Source: Gemmatimonadaceae bacterium (GTDB lineage Bacteria; Gemmatimonadota; Gemmatimonadetes; Gemmatimonadales; Gemmatimonadaceae). Taken from it: DNA of 64,000 nucleotides. The position numbers were made by a program, and so were the translations under genes. Shown piece by piece: positions 1-8,192 of this stretch. Under the pieces are notes generated by a model that ran no database searches, was not told the origin of the DNA, and was given only the letters and a program-made list of their open reading frames with translations. The DNA lies in the NCBI GenBank assembly GCA_051859245.1, contig JBHYGA010000006.1, positions 64,001 through 128,000 on the forward strand. The letters run 5' to 3'. Within the stretch, counting starts at the first letter, position 1. The number at the start of each line of letters is the position of its first letter.

Positions 1-1092
1 GAAGCCGGTCATCATGAGTAGCAGCGTTGGCACGAGCGTCATGAGTCCCATCATCAACACGACACCAACGGTACCGTTCAAGCGCAGTCCGCCATCTGGA
101 CCGTTTCCGACACGCAGGTCGAGCTGGGGCGCCAGACCTGAAACAGCGTCAGCCACCGAGGCCGGCTGCGTCGGATCGGGCTCGGCGACAGTCGCGTCGG
201 CCGGCCGCGCCGAGTTGCTGGTCGCGGCATTTGCGGCGGGCGCTCCTGCGGTCTGGGTTCCTGCGGTAGCCGCGGCGGCGTTCGTGGCATTGGCCGGCCG
301 TGCGGCACCGGCCGCTGGTCGCGTGTTGCCAACCGGTGCGACGGTTGGCGCTGCGGGTGTGTTCGGTGCGGGCGGAGTTGGGCGAACGACCGGCGGCTGA
401 ACCGTGGGTACCGGTGCTCCGCCTGCGGCTGGTGGCGCCTGCGCTCCGGCTCCGAACGGCGACGTGAACTGCGAAAGCACCGCAAACGCCGCGATCGACA
501 GCAGACGAGTGGACGGTGCGAGCGTCATGGACAGCACGCTGTGCAGATCGCGGTGTGCTGAGCGCGGGGCTGCCGCTACAACAGTCGGCGTTTGCACCAC
601 GGGCTGCGGCGACGTGACCACGTGTTGGCCGAGCGATGCGTTCGTGGCTTGCGAGAGGGCGCGATCAAATGAAGGTGCTGCAGCGGCGACGTTGGCATTC
701 GCGCCACGCCGCGCGACCAAGGCGCGCTGCAGCGGTGCGGTAAACGCATTCGTCAATGACTTGGTGAACGCGGCGTGTGCGGTGGCGCTTGACACCATTG
801 GCATTGGCAACTCGCTGCCGGCCACAATGCGCTGACGGTCGGCTTCGTCAACTTCAAACAGTGTGTGTACGCCACCATCGCCAACGGAGACGGCGAGCAC
901 TTTCTCACCAACACGCACTACGGCCAGTCCCGACTTGGGGCCAAGTGGCAGTCGTTGCACGATCTCCACTTGCAAGCGCGAACGTCCTGACAGCGCACCA
1001 CCACCCACGCGCTTCAGCGCCCACACCGTCAGTGCGATGAGACCAAGTACAAACACCAGTGCTGCGAGAATTCCGATGCCAGCCGAAAGCAT
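1..1092 (-). CDS. fliOP: FliO-FliP fusion protein (3' partial, runs off the window edge)
   Basis: Absent from the ORF track because it has no stop in the window. Read by hand from ATG at 1092 to base 1 with no in-frame stop. N-terminus MLSAGIGILAALVFVLGLIALTVWALKR...LQVEIVQRLPLGPKSGLAVVRVGEKVLAVSVG is FliO-like. The end, TVGVVLMMGLMTLVPTLLLMMTGF, matches the conserved start of the FliP core. Follows fliN. Confidence 0.88.
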   Translation of the reverse strand, partial: MLSAGIGILAALVFVLGLIALTVWALKRVGGGALSGRSRLQVEIVQRLPLGPKSGLAVVRVGEKVLAVSVGDGGVHTLFEVDEADRQRIVAGSELPMPMVSSATAHAAFTKSLTNAFTAPLQRALVARRGANANVAAAAPSFDRALSQATNASLGQHVVTSPQPVVQTPTVVAAAPRSAHRDLHSVLSMTLAPSTRLLSIAAFAVLSQFTSPFGAGAQAPPAAGGAPVPTVQPPVVRPTPPAPNTPAAPTVAPVGNTRPAAGAARPANATNAAAATAGTQTAGAPAANAATSNSARPADATVAEPDPTQPASVADAVSGLAPQLDLRVGNGPDGGLRLNGTVGVVLMMGLMTLVPTLLLMMTGF

Positions 1093-1133
1093 GAGCGTGT
1101 TGTGTGTTGCGAGGACGACGTGAACAGCGCGGA

Positions 1134-1559
1134 CTACGCGGCTTCTTTCGCGGCACCGCCGCGCGACAGAATGCGCGTTACGCGCACGCCGAAGTGTTCG
1201 CCCAGCACCACCACTTCACCTTCTGCAAAACGACGATCGCCAACAAAAATGTCGATCGGTTCACCCGCGAGGCGTTCGAGCTGAATCACCGAACCACGTC
1301 CGAGGCGCAGGATTTCCTGCACCGACATGGACGTGCGTCCCAGTTCAATGGAAATCGGCAGTGACAAGCTGAACAGCATGCTCAGTGGCACTTCGGTGCT
1401 CGATGCGGCAACGCGTTCGAACTCGGCGAGTTGTGGTGCGGCTGGCTGATTGCCAGCCGGTGCAGGTGTTGATTCTGCGACCGGCTGGGTAGCAGGTTGA
1501 CCGGCCGCTTTCGCAGCCTGTACGCTCGCAACGAGCGCGTCGATTTCAGCGGGATTCAT
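1134..1559 (-). CDS. fliN: Flagellar motor switch protein FliN
   Basis: SpoA domain LPISIELGRTSMSVQEILRLGRGSVIQLERLAGEPIDIFVGDRRFAEGEVVV; downstream of fliM. Confidence 0.93.
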   Translation of the reverse strand: MNPAEIDALVASVQAAKAAGQPATQPVAESTPAPAGNQPAAPQLAEFERVAASSTEVPLSMLFSLSLPISIELGRTSMSVQEILRLGRGSVIQLERLAGEPIDIFVGDRRFAEGEVVVLGEHFGVRVTRILSRGGAAKEAA

Positions 1560-1574
1560 ATGCGTCTGGGTTGG

Positions 1575-2555
1575 CTAAAGCGTGTTCGGTGTCACCGAGT
1601 CAACAATGCGTACCGCGAGCATTCCGCTCACTCGGCCCGCCTGGCCTACAAACCGTTCCTGTTCACCGGCGCGCACGATCAATCGTGCATCCTTCGGAAT
1701 TCCGGTTGGGATGACGCTGCCAACGGAGAGTTCGGTGAGATCCTGCAGTGTCATTTCAAACTGTGGCATGCGCACCGAGATCGGCACGCGCATATCACGC
1801 ACGGCGTTTTCCGACTTCAGGCGTGCGGCTTCGCGTTCCGCGTCGTTCGAATGCAACAGCGCCAGTCGCTGCTGACCACTCGACGTGAAAAACTTGTCGA
1901 GCACGGAGAACGGCAGACAGATGAGCATGAGGCTGCTCTGATTGGCTGCGGTGATTTCCACGTTGGCCACAAGCACGGGATCTTCGCGGTTCGCCACCTG
2001 CAGAATTTCTGGCGATGATTCGAAGCCCGTGATGTTGATGCCCATGGGAACGTGATCCTGCCAGATTTCTTCGGTCAGCTGCGCCACGCGGTCGGCAACC
2101 GTGCGAATCGCCATGCGTTCGATCGGCGTGAGCGAACGATTGGGTACGGCGGCCTGACCCGTACCACCAAACACGCGATCAATCACGTAGAAGCCGAACT
2201 CGGGACCGATGTCGATGACACCTTTCTGACCGGTTTCGGCGATTTCAAAGACGAATGACGAACAGGGTGTTGGCAGCGACAGCGTGAACTCACCAAAGCT
2301 GAATTGCTCGACGCTTTGCAGACGAACTTCGATTTGTCCGCGCACGCGTGAGATCACCCACGCTTCCAGATTCTTGACCAGTCGCTCGTACATGGCTTCG
2401 AGCGTACGCAGACGTTCCTTGCTGACACGCGCTGGTCGACGGAAGTCATACACCTGCACGTCCACACCGGCGCCGGCTTTTGGCGTGGCGCGTCCGGCGC
2501 CACTGCTGCCGAGCAGTCGGTCAATGTCGTGCTGCGAAAGCGTCTCGGAGCTCAT
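1575..2555 (-). CDS. fliM: Flagellar motor switch protein FliM
   Basis: Start reassigned to ATG 2555 (MSSETLSQHDIDRLL); LSQxxIDxLL and YDFRRPARVSKE motifs; C-terminal SpoA domain. Confidence 0.93.
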   Translation of the reverse strand: MSSETLSQHDIDRLLGSSGAGRATPKAGAGVDVQVYDFRRPARVSKERLRTLEAMYERLVKNLEAWVISRVRGQIEVRLQSVEQFSFGEFTLSLPTPCSSFVFEIAETGQKGVIDIGPEFGFYVIDRVFGGTGQAAVPNRSLTPIERMAIRTVADRVAQLTEEIWQDHVPMGINITGFESSPEILQVANREDPVLVANVEITAANQSSLMLICLPFSVLDKFFTSSGQQRLALLHSNDAEREAARLKSENAVRDMRVPISVRMPQFEMTLQDLTELSVGSVIPTGIPKDARLIVRAGEQERFVGQAGRVSGMLAVRIVDSVTPNTL

Positions 2556-2565
2556 GCGTGGCCGC

Positions 2566-3108
2566 TCACTGAACCACGTATTTGGGGAAGTACACGCGCA
2601 GGACCGTCTTCTTACCGAAGCGTTCGTTGATCGCGTTCTGGACTTCGACCTTGATGGAGTCGCGAAGGGTGATGTCGGTGAGCTCCTCGACCGTTTTGCC
2701 GCCGAGCGTGGAGAGCACCACGTCACTGAGCTCCGCATCACGGGTCTGCAGCGCGGTCACGCCGGCCGCGTTGGCGCATTCAATGGTGAGGGTCAGCAGC
2801 AGGAATCGCGTGCCACCAGATCCGGCTGGATTCAGCGCCAGATTGTCCAGCGTATGCAGCGCGGGCGCTGCGGCGCCGGCGGCTGCGGAGTCGCCCTCGG
2901 CCAGTTCGGTTGAATCAGTGGCCGCGGAGTCCACGGCGACCACACCAAAGCCCAGAGCTTTTGCTGCCGCTGGACCTACCACCACAGCACCGGTGCCCAC
3001 GCCAACGGCGAGGCCCACTATGATGGCGACCATGAGGGGCAGGCGCGCCTTGATACCGCTGGGCGCTGCCGCCTGTTCTGGTGCCTGTGTTTCTGGAGAG
3101 TCGGCCAT
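2566..3108 (-). CDS. fliL: Flagellar basal body-associated protein FliL
   Basis: N-terminal TM helix, NLALNPAGSGGTRFL and C-terminal VLRVYFPKYVVQ; precedes fliM. Confidence 0.9.
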   Translation of the reverse strand: MADSPETQAPEQAAAPSGIKARLPLMVAIIVGLAVGVGTGAVVVGPAAAKALGFGVVAVDSAATDSTELAEGDSAAAGAAAPALHTLDNLALNPAGSGGTRFLLLTLTIECANAAGVTALQTRDAELSDVVLSTLGGKTVEELTDITLRDSIKVEVQNAINERFGKKTVLRVYFPKYVVQ

Positions 3109-3149
3109 AAAGTAGAATCGGGGAAACGAGAATATCCGATTCTGTTAGA

Positions 3150-3165
3150 AGCATACCTGATGCCA
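3150..3165 (-). promoter_or_regulatory. sigma54 (-24/-12) promoter for the fliL operon
   Basis: Minus strand reads TGGCATCAGGTATGCT (GG-N10-GC), about 40 bp upstream of the fliL start. Confidence 0.75.
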
Positions 3166-3308
3166 CGCCGATTTCGGGCGCACCGGGCGGTGCTGAAGCC
3201 GATTTATCTATATATACTGTATATAGTTAGCCGATATTTGCGGGCTCTGGGGCGAAGTGGGGACCTCGCGCTACTCGGCTCGAAAACTGGGAATAAATGG
3301 CGCCGGAG

Positions 3309-3323
3309 CGGCAAATGCTGCCG
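3309..3323. promoter_or_regulatory. Palindromic enhancer-like site CGGCA-N5-TGCCG upstream of the fliL promoter
   Basis: CGGCAAATGCTGCCG; degenerate neighbours near 3288-3302 and 3336-3350; the motif recurs at the other sigma54 promoters. Confidence 0.7.
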
Positions 3324-3360
3324 ATCGGTCTGGGCCGGAAATTTATTCCCGTCCGACTGA

Positions 3361-4140
3361 TTAGAACTTCTTGCTGGCGCCGCGGAGCCAGTAGATCACG
3401 AGCTCGCAGGGCTGCTGCCCGGATACGAGCACGTAGCTGCGAAAGCGGGCTGGCACCTTGATAAACTCGTCGTAGTACTCGATCGCGACCACGTCGTTGG
3501 GTCGCCAGTTCATATCTGGTGGGAATGAGCCGGGCTCCGCCAGCATCGGCGGTTGCCCATTCCAGAGTTCAACGAGGCAGCGACTGGGTCGGGCCATAAT
3601 GCGCCACTCGCGTCCCATGGGGCCGAGTACCATGTTGCGCCGCAGCCCGGGCATGCCCTCGAACATGTCGGCCCACTGATCTGATCGCAGGGAACGCAGG
3701 GTACCGGCGTCGCGGAAATAGCCGAGCCCTGCCTGTCGGCGACATTCGAAGCCTTCGAGCGTCGTGGTGGCGCAGCGATCGGCGTCGGCCATGGCACGAA
3801 CGGTGTCGAGCGTGTTCGAGAACTGGGTCATGACCAGCACCAACCCTTCAGCCATTCCGGGCCTGTAGTTGAAGGACGCACTGAAACTGATATAGCCGAC
3901 TTTGCGGACGCGAATCTCGTACGTGCCGGCTTTCCCCAGCGGAAGTACAAATCGGCCGTCCTGATCAGTGCGGGCGCGGATCGGCGTGTTGGCGATGCTG
4001 ACATCAGCATCAGGTAGCGGTCGACCGAGGGTGTCCACGACGGAGCCGCGGATGGGCTGCGCGTGCGAGATCGCCGGCATGAGAAACGCCAGCATCACGG
4101 CGACAATCGCCAGCGCGGAAACGTTCGACGTGAGACGCAT
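3361..4140 (-). CDS. Secreted protein with carboxypeptidase-regulatory-like domain
   Basis: Signal peptide (SHA|Q) followed by IRGSVVDTLGRPLPDADVSI...TDQDGRFVL...GTYEIRVRKVGY. Confidence 0.75.
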   Translation of the reverse strand: MRLTSNVSALAIVAVMLAFLMPAISHAQPIRGSVVDTLGRPLPDADVSIANTPIRARTDQDGRFVLPLGKAGTYEIRVRKVGYISFSASFNYRPGMAEGLVLVMTQFSNTLDTVRAMADADRCATTTLEGFECRRQAGLGYFRDAGTLRSLRSDQWADMFEGMPGLRRNMVLGPMGREWRIMARPSRCLVELWNGQPPMLAEPGSFPPDMNWRPNDVVAIEYYDEFIKVPARFRSYVLVSGQQPCELVIYWLRGASKKF

Positions 4141-4303
4141 CACAACCGAGTACTCAGATCAGCGGTCGTTGATCCATGCGGCCTCGCGGGCAACCGGTTC
4201 AGCCCGCCGTACGCACTCTCGGTCAGCCGCACTCAACTCCCCATGCCACCGGGAGTGTCGCACGAGCAGCCCACAGGTTCGCCCCCCGCACACAGCCGCT
4301 TCC

Positions 4304-5731
4304 GTGTTTACTCCGCTTCTGCTCGCCGCCGCGCTGGTCGTTGACGCCGACTGCTCGTTGACCCTCTCTCGGCTCGCGACGAAAGTCGTGGCCAACTACG
4401 CTGGCTATCACCTCGAGGTGGTGGGCGCACGTCGTGTTGCGTACGACTCGATGCTTCGCGCACTTCAACCGCGCGCGGCGTCCGCCGCGGTCGACCAATG
4501 CCTTCCGGTGCTACGCAGCTACATCGCCTGGTTCAACGATCCGCACCTCGCGATCATCGAATCCACGAACATTGACAGCGCGGAAACACGACGACGCTCG
4601 GGCAGCATCAGAACAATCGCGTTGACTGAAGCCGAGGTGCTTCGTGGCCTGAGGGCACGCAGCACGATCGATCCAATTGAAGGCATCTGGTATGATGGGT
4701 CGATGCGTCTGGCAATTGTACCGGACCCAGACGCGGCACGCGGCACGTTCGCCGCGGTGGTTGTGGCGAGCGACACGATCACGTTGCCAATTGGTGCTGT
4801 GCGCGGGACCTTCACACGCCAACCTGATTCGACCTACGCGTGGACGCTCCACACGCGCAAGCTGGCGCGTCAATCGGGAACCGCCACGATTCACCGACGA
4901 AGCATGCTGCGGTTATCGCCAGGCATGTGGGGAAAGACCGCGCCGCTCGCGCCAGCCGATACGGGATGGCTTGATCCTGCTGATGTGCACCGTGCGACGC
5001 TTCGTGCGTGGGACGATGTTGTCGTCATCTCGATTCCCTCGCATGACTATGCGTTCAAGGCGCACTTTGACAGCCTGCTCACCGCGAATCGCAGCACGCT
5101 GGCTTCCGCGCGACGTCTGATCGTCGATCTCCGTGGCAACGAGGGCGGTGGATCGCAAATGATTGCGCGACTTCATCCATACCTCGTGGGCGATTCACTA
5201 CGCCGCGACGGATTTGATCAAACGGAGGCCGTGATGTGGTCATCTCCGGATCAGATTGCGTATGCACGCCGTGCATTCGGTGCAGATACGAGCGCGTTCG
5301 TCAGGCGCCTCGTGGCGGCACTGGAAGCGGCTCCCGGCACGCTGGTCCCGATGTACGATTCGTCGGTGCCAGCTCCCATGCCGCGCCCGATCATTCCGAT
5401 TTACGGGCCACGTCGAGTTGGCGTACTGATTGACGGCGGCACCGTCAGCGCGTCGGAAGTGACGGTGCAACTCGCGAAGCGCAGCGGACGTGCGATTGTG
5501 TACGGCGAACGCACGGCCGGTGCACTCGACTATCAGAGCACATCATTCACGCGCTTGTCACCGGACGAAAATCGGTGGCTGCTGTTGTATCCCACGATCA
5601 CTGCGTCAGCCAAACTGCCGGCTGGTGGAATGCGCGGCGTTGGAATTGCGCCTGACGTCAGCGTTCGTTGGTCCATGATTGGCGATCCAATCGCGCACAT
5701 CGCGGAACTGCTGCGCGCGAAGAACGAGTGA
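4304..5731 (+). CDS. S41 family peptidase, probably secreted
   Basis: LIVDLRGNEGGG, TVSASE (catalytic Ser), YGERTAG and GIAPD motifs. Start uncertain; placed at GTG 4304 before a hydrophobic segment (ORF open from 3968). Confidence 0.85.
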   Translation: MFTPLLLAAALVVDADCSLTLSRLATKVVANYAGYHLEVVGARRVAYDSMLRALQPRAASAAVDQCLPVLRSYIAWFNDPHLAIIESTNIDSAETRRRSGSIRTIALTEAEVLRGLRARSTIDPIEGIWYDGSMRLAIVPDPDAARGTFAAVVVASDTITLPIGAVRGTFTRQPDSTYAWTLHTRKLARQSGTATIHRRSMLRLSPGMWGKTAPLAPADTGWLDPADVHRATLRAWDDVVVISIPSHDYAFKAHFDSLLTANRSTLASARRLIVDLRGNEGGGSQMIARLHPYLVGDSLRRDGFDQTEAVMWSSPDQIAYARRAFGADTSAFVRRLVAALEAAPGTLVPMYDSSVPAPMPRPIIPIYGPRRVGVLIDGGTVSASEVTVQLAKRSGRAIVYGERTAGALDYQSTSFTRLSPDENRWLLLYPTITASAKLPAGGMRGVGIAPDVSVRWSMIGDPIAHIAELLRAKNE

Positions 5732-5774
5732 TGTAGTACACGTTCGATTTCCGGCGCGAACGAAGAGTTGAAAC

Positions 5775-5815
5775 GACAAGTGGCCCGGCGAGACAACGTC
5801 GCCGGGCCACTCGTC
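5775..5815. terminator. Hairpin between convergent S41 peptidase and flgE
   Basis: GACAAGTGGCCCGGCGA-gacaacg-TCGCCGGGCCACTCGTC inverted repeat. Confidence 0.7.
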
Positions 5816-5831
5816 ACACTACGGCACTACC

Positions 5832-7352
5832 TTACCGCTTCACGTTCATCAGTTCCTGCAGCATTTCATCCGACGTCGACACGACCTTGCCGTTCGCCTG
5901 GAAGCCGCGCTGCGCGACGATCATGCTCGTGAACTCCTGCGCGAGGTCAACGTTCGACATTTCGAGTGCACCGGCCGTCATCTGCGACTGTGAGCCCTCG
6001 AGTGCGAAGCCGAGCACCGCGCTGCCGGAGTTGGCCGACTCCTGATACATGTTGTCACCAACGCGGAGCAAACCAGCCGGGTTGTTGAAGTCGGCGAGCA
6101 CGATCTTGCCCAACGGTGACGTGGTGCCGTTGGTGAAGAAGCCGGTGATCAAGCCGAAGCGGTCGATCGAGAAGTTCTGCAGCGAGCCGGCCGTGTAACC
6201 GTCCTGATCGCGCAGTACGGCCGTTGATGCCGTTGACGCGAACTGCGTGAGACCGTTCACGCCACCAGCAAGCTTGATATCAACCTGCACCGGATTCGCA
6301 CCAGGCACGGCGAAATCAATCGCGGCTGTGATATTCGTAGTCATGACACCAGTCGGGTCGAACGTGAGTGTTCCACCGTTCACGCCCGGGTCCGCCGCGG
6401 TTGGGCTCATGAAGTACGACACTTCAATCGCGGAGTCGGACGGCATGTTGGCCGTGAACGACACACCCGGCGGCGGGCCAGCCGTGAACGACCAGGCAGC
6501 GGGCGATTCGTAGTTCGCGCCGGTCGGGCTCGTGACACGCACATTCTCTGGCAGGATTTCATAGCCAGCGGGCGGCGTTGGCAACTCGATCGCCGTGGGC
6601 GGCGAGTTGGAATCCGTCTCAAATGTCTGACGCGATGCACTCGTAGCTGGATCGAGCTGCCACGACCATTCGTTCGCGCCCGTCTTCCACATCTGAATCT
6701 TCACGTCGTGCTTGGTGCCTTGCGAATCGTACACGGCAATCTGCGTTTCCGTCCACGCCTTTTCATTGGACGGCAGCGCGCGATCCGCCGGATCAAGGAA
6801 GTCGCCCTGAAAGATCGGCGACGACGCATTGAGGTTACCGGCAAGCGTGACTTCGCTCGTGGGACGCGCAGACACTTTCTGTCCGAACGGCAAACGGATG
6901 TCCTGAATACCGTCCTGCAGCAATCCGTTTTCGTACATGCGACCCTGCACCACGAAACCGTTGGTTGGCGACACGAGCTGTCCGAGCGCGTCTACCTGAA
7001 AGTTTCCTGAACGCGTGTAGAAGCTCTGGTTGCCTTTACGCACAACGAACAGTGAGTCACCCTGAATCGCGATGTCGGTGCCAAGACCGGTCGTTTCAAT
7101 GTTGCCCTGATTGAAGATCTGATCGATGGAGCCGATCTGCATACCAAGTCCGATCTGAATCGGATTGATACCACCCTGATCTCCAGGCGGACGGCTCGCG
7201 CCCTGCAGCAGCTGAGCGAAACCTTCTTTGAACGTGACACGGCCTGCCTTAAATGCGACGGTGTTGACGTTTGCGATGTTGTTACCGATGACGTCCATGC
7301 GAACCTGATGATTGCGCAGGCCCGATACACCGGCGAAGAGAGAACGCAGCAT
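5832..7352 (-). CDS. flgE: Flagellar hook protein FlgE
   Basis: MLRSLFAGVSGL...GNNIANVNTVAFK; YTRSGNF; LEMSNVDLAQEFTSMIVAQRGFQAN. Confidence 0.97.
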   Translation of the reverse strand: MLRSLFAGVSGLRNHQVRMDVIGNNIANVNTVAFKAGRVTFKEGFAQLLQGASRPPGDQGGINPIQIGLGMQIGSIDQIFNQGNIETTGLGTDIAIQGDSLFVVRKGNQSFYTRSGNFQVDALGQLVSPTNGFVVQGRMYENGLLQDGIQDIRLPFGQKVSARPTSEVTLAGNLNASSPIFQGDFLDPADRALPSNEKAWTETQIAVYDSQGTKHDVKIQMWKTGANEWSWQLDPATSASRQTFETDSNSPPTAIELPTPPAGYEILPENVRVTSPTGANYESPAAWSFTAGPPPGVSFTANMPSDSAIEVSYFMSPTAADPGVNGGTLTFDPTGVMTTNITAAIDFAVPGANPVQVDIKLAGGVNGLTQFASTASTAVLRDQDGYTAGSLQNFSIDRFGLITGFFTNGTTSPLGKIVLADFNNPAGLLRVGDNMYQESANSGSAVLGFALEGSQSQMTAGALEMSNVDLAQEFTSMIVAQRGFQANGKVVSTSDEMLQELMNVKR

Positions 7353-7388
7353 GTAGGAATATTCCTCTGGTGATAAGTGGCCGCAGAC

Positions 7389-8192
7389 TTAGCTGCGGAT
7401 CTGAAGCAGTGATGAGAACGGAACGCTCATGCGATCGCCGAGCAGCAATGTGGGAACGCCTTGTTCGTAGCGCAGTCCGGTAATACGTCCGCTGGTGTAC
7501 GTCTTGGCGGGGAGCCAGTTGGCCTGAGCGTCCGCCATGTCAAATCGATACGAATACTGACCAGGCTCGAGCGGCGGCGTGATGCCGAAGTCTTCGAGTT
7601 GAAACGACTGCATGCCTTTGCTGACATCGCCGATCACGTAGCTGCCGATTGCTTCACCTTTTGCGTCAACAACCGTGAGACGACCAATGCCTTCCTTCTC
7701 GCCAGTGTCCACGGTGATGGAGCCTTCACCATCGCGATCGACAAACACCTGATCACCCGCGACCACACCAGTGCGCCCGACCGTGTTAATCGCCATGGAC
7801 TGCTCAAGCAGTTTGGCCATTGCATCGCCCTGCGCGATCGTGATTTCACTGAGATCTTCAATCGCGTTGCCCAGCTCGACCTGGCTCTCGGCCACAACCT
7901 TCATGTTCGAGTTGATATCAATGAGCTGCTCAACCTGCGAGAACTGCGCGAGCTGTGCGGCCATTTCCTGGCCGTCCATCGGGTTGAGTGGATCCTGATT
8001 CTTCATCTGCGCCACGAGCAGCTGCAAAAACTCATTGCGGCCAAGCGCGTCGTTTTTCTTGCCAGTACCGGCCTCTTTCGGCGGCGTGGCCTCGGCCGGC
8101 GCCTGCACCGGCGCGTTCGGATCTGCCGCTGTGTTGTTAAAGCGCGGTGCAATCGCGGTTGGCGTGCTGATCGCGCGCGTGATGTCAAACAT
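7389..8192 (-). CDS. flgD: Flagellar hook capping protein FlgD
   Basis: FLQLLVAQMKNQDPLNPMD...AQLAQFSQVEQ. Confidence 0.96.
   Translation of the reverse strand: MFDITRAISTPTAIAPRFNNTAADPNAPVQAPAEATPPKEAGTGKKNDALGRNEFLQLLVAQMKNQDPLNPMDGQEMAAQLAQFSQVEQLIDINSNMKVVAESQVELGNAIEDLSEITIAQGDAMAKLLEQSMAINTVGRTGVVAGDQVFVDRDGEGSITVDTGEKEGIGRLTVVDAKGEAIGSYVIGDVSKGMQSFQLEDFGITPPLEPGQYSYRFDMADAQANWLPAKTYTSGRITGLRYEQGVPTLLLGDRMSVPFSSLLQIRS

Noticed and set aside
14..1123. Plus-strand ORFs (14-400, 404-835, 777-1040, 863-1123)
   Set aside because: Antisense shadows of the fliOP frame with no recognisable motifs. The same applies to most short overlapping ORFs in the track, as expected in GC-rich DNA.
2556..2741. 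N-terminal extension of the FliM ORF
   Set aside because: Overlaps fliL; the conserved FliM N-terminus starts at 2555. Similar over-long starts were trimmed for fliH, fliE, gspG, gspJ, rmlA, rmlB and asnB.
3200..3240. AT-rich near-palindrome TATATACTGTATATA as a LexA/SOS box
   Set aside because: Does not fit CTG-N10-CAG. Its position between enhancer and sigma54 promoter is better explained as a DNA-bending or IHF-like tract.
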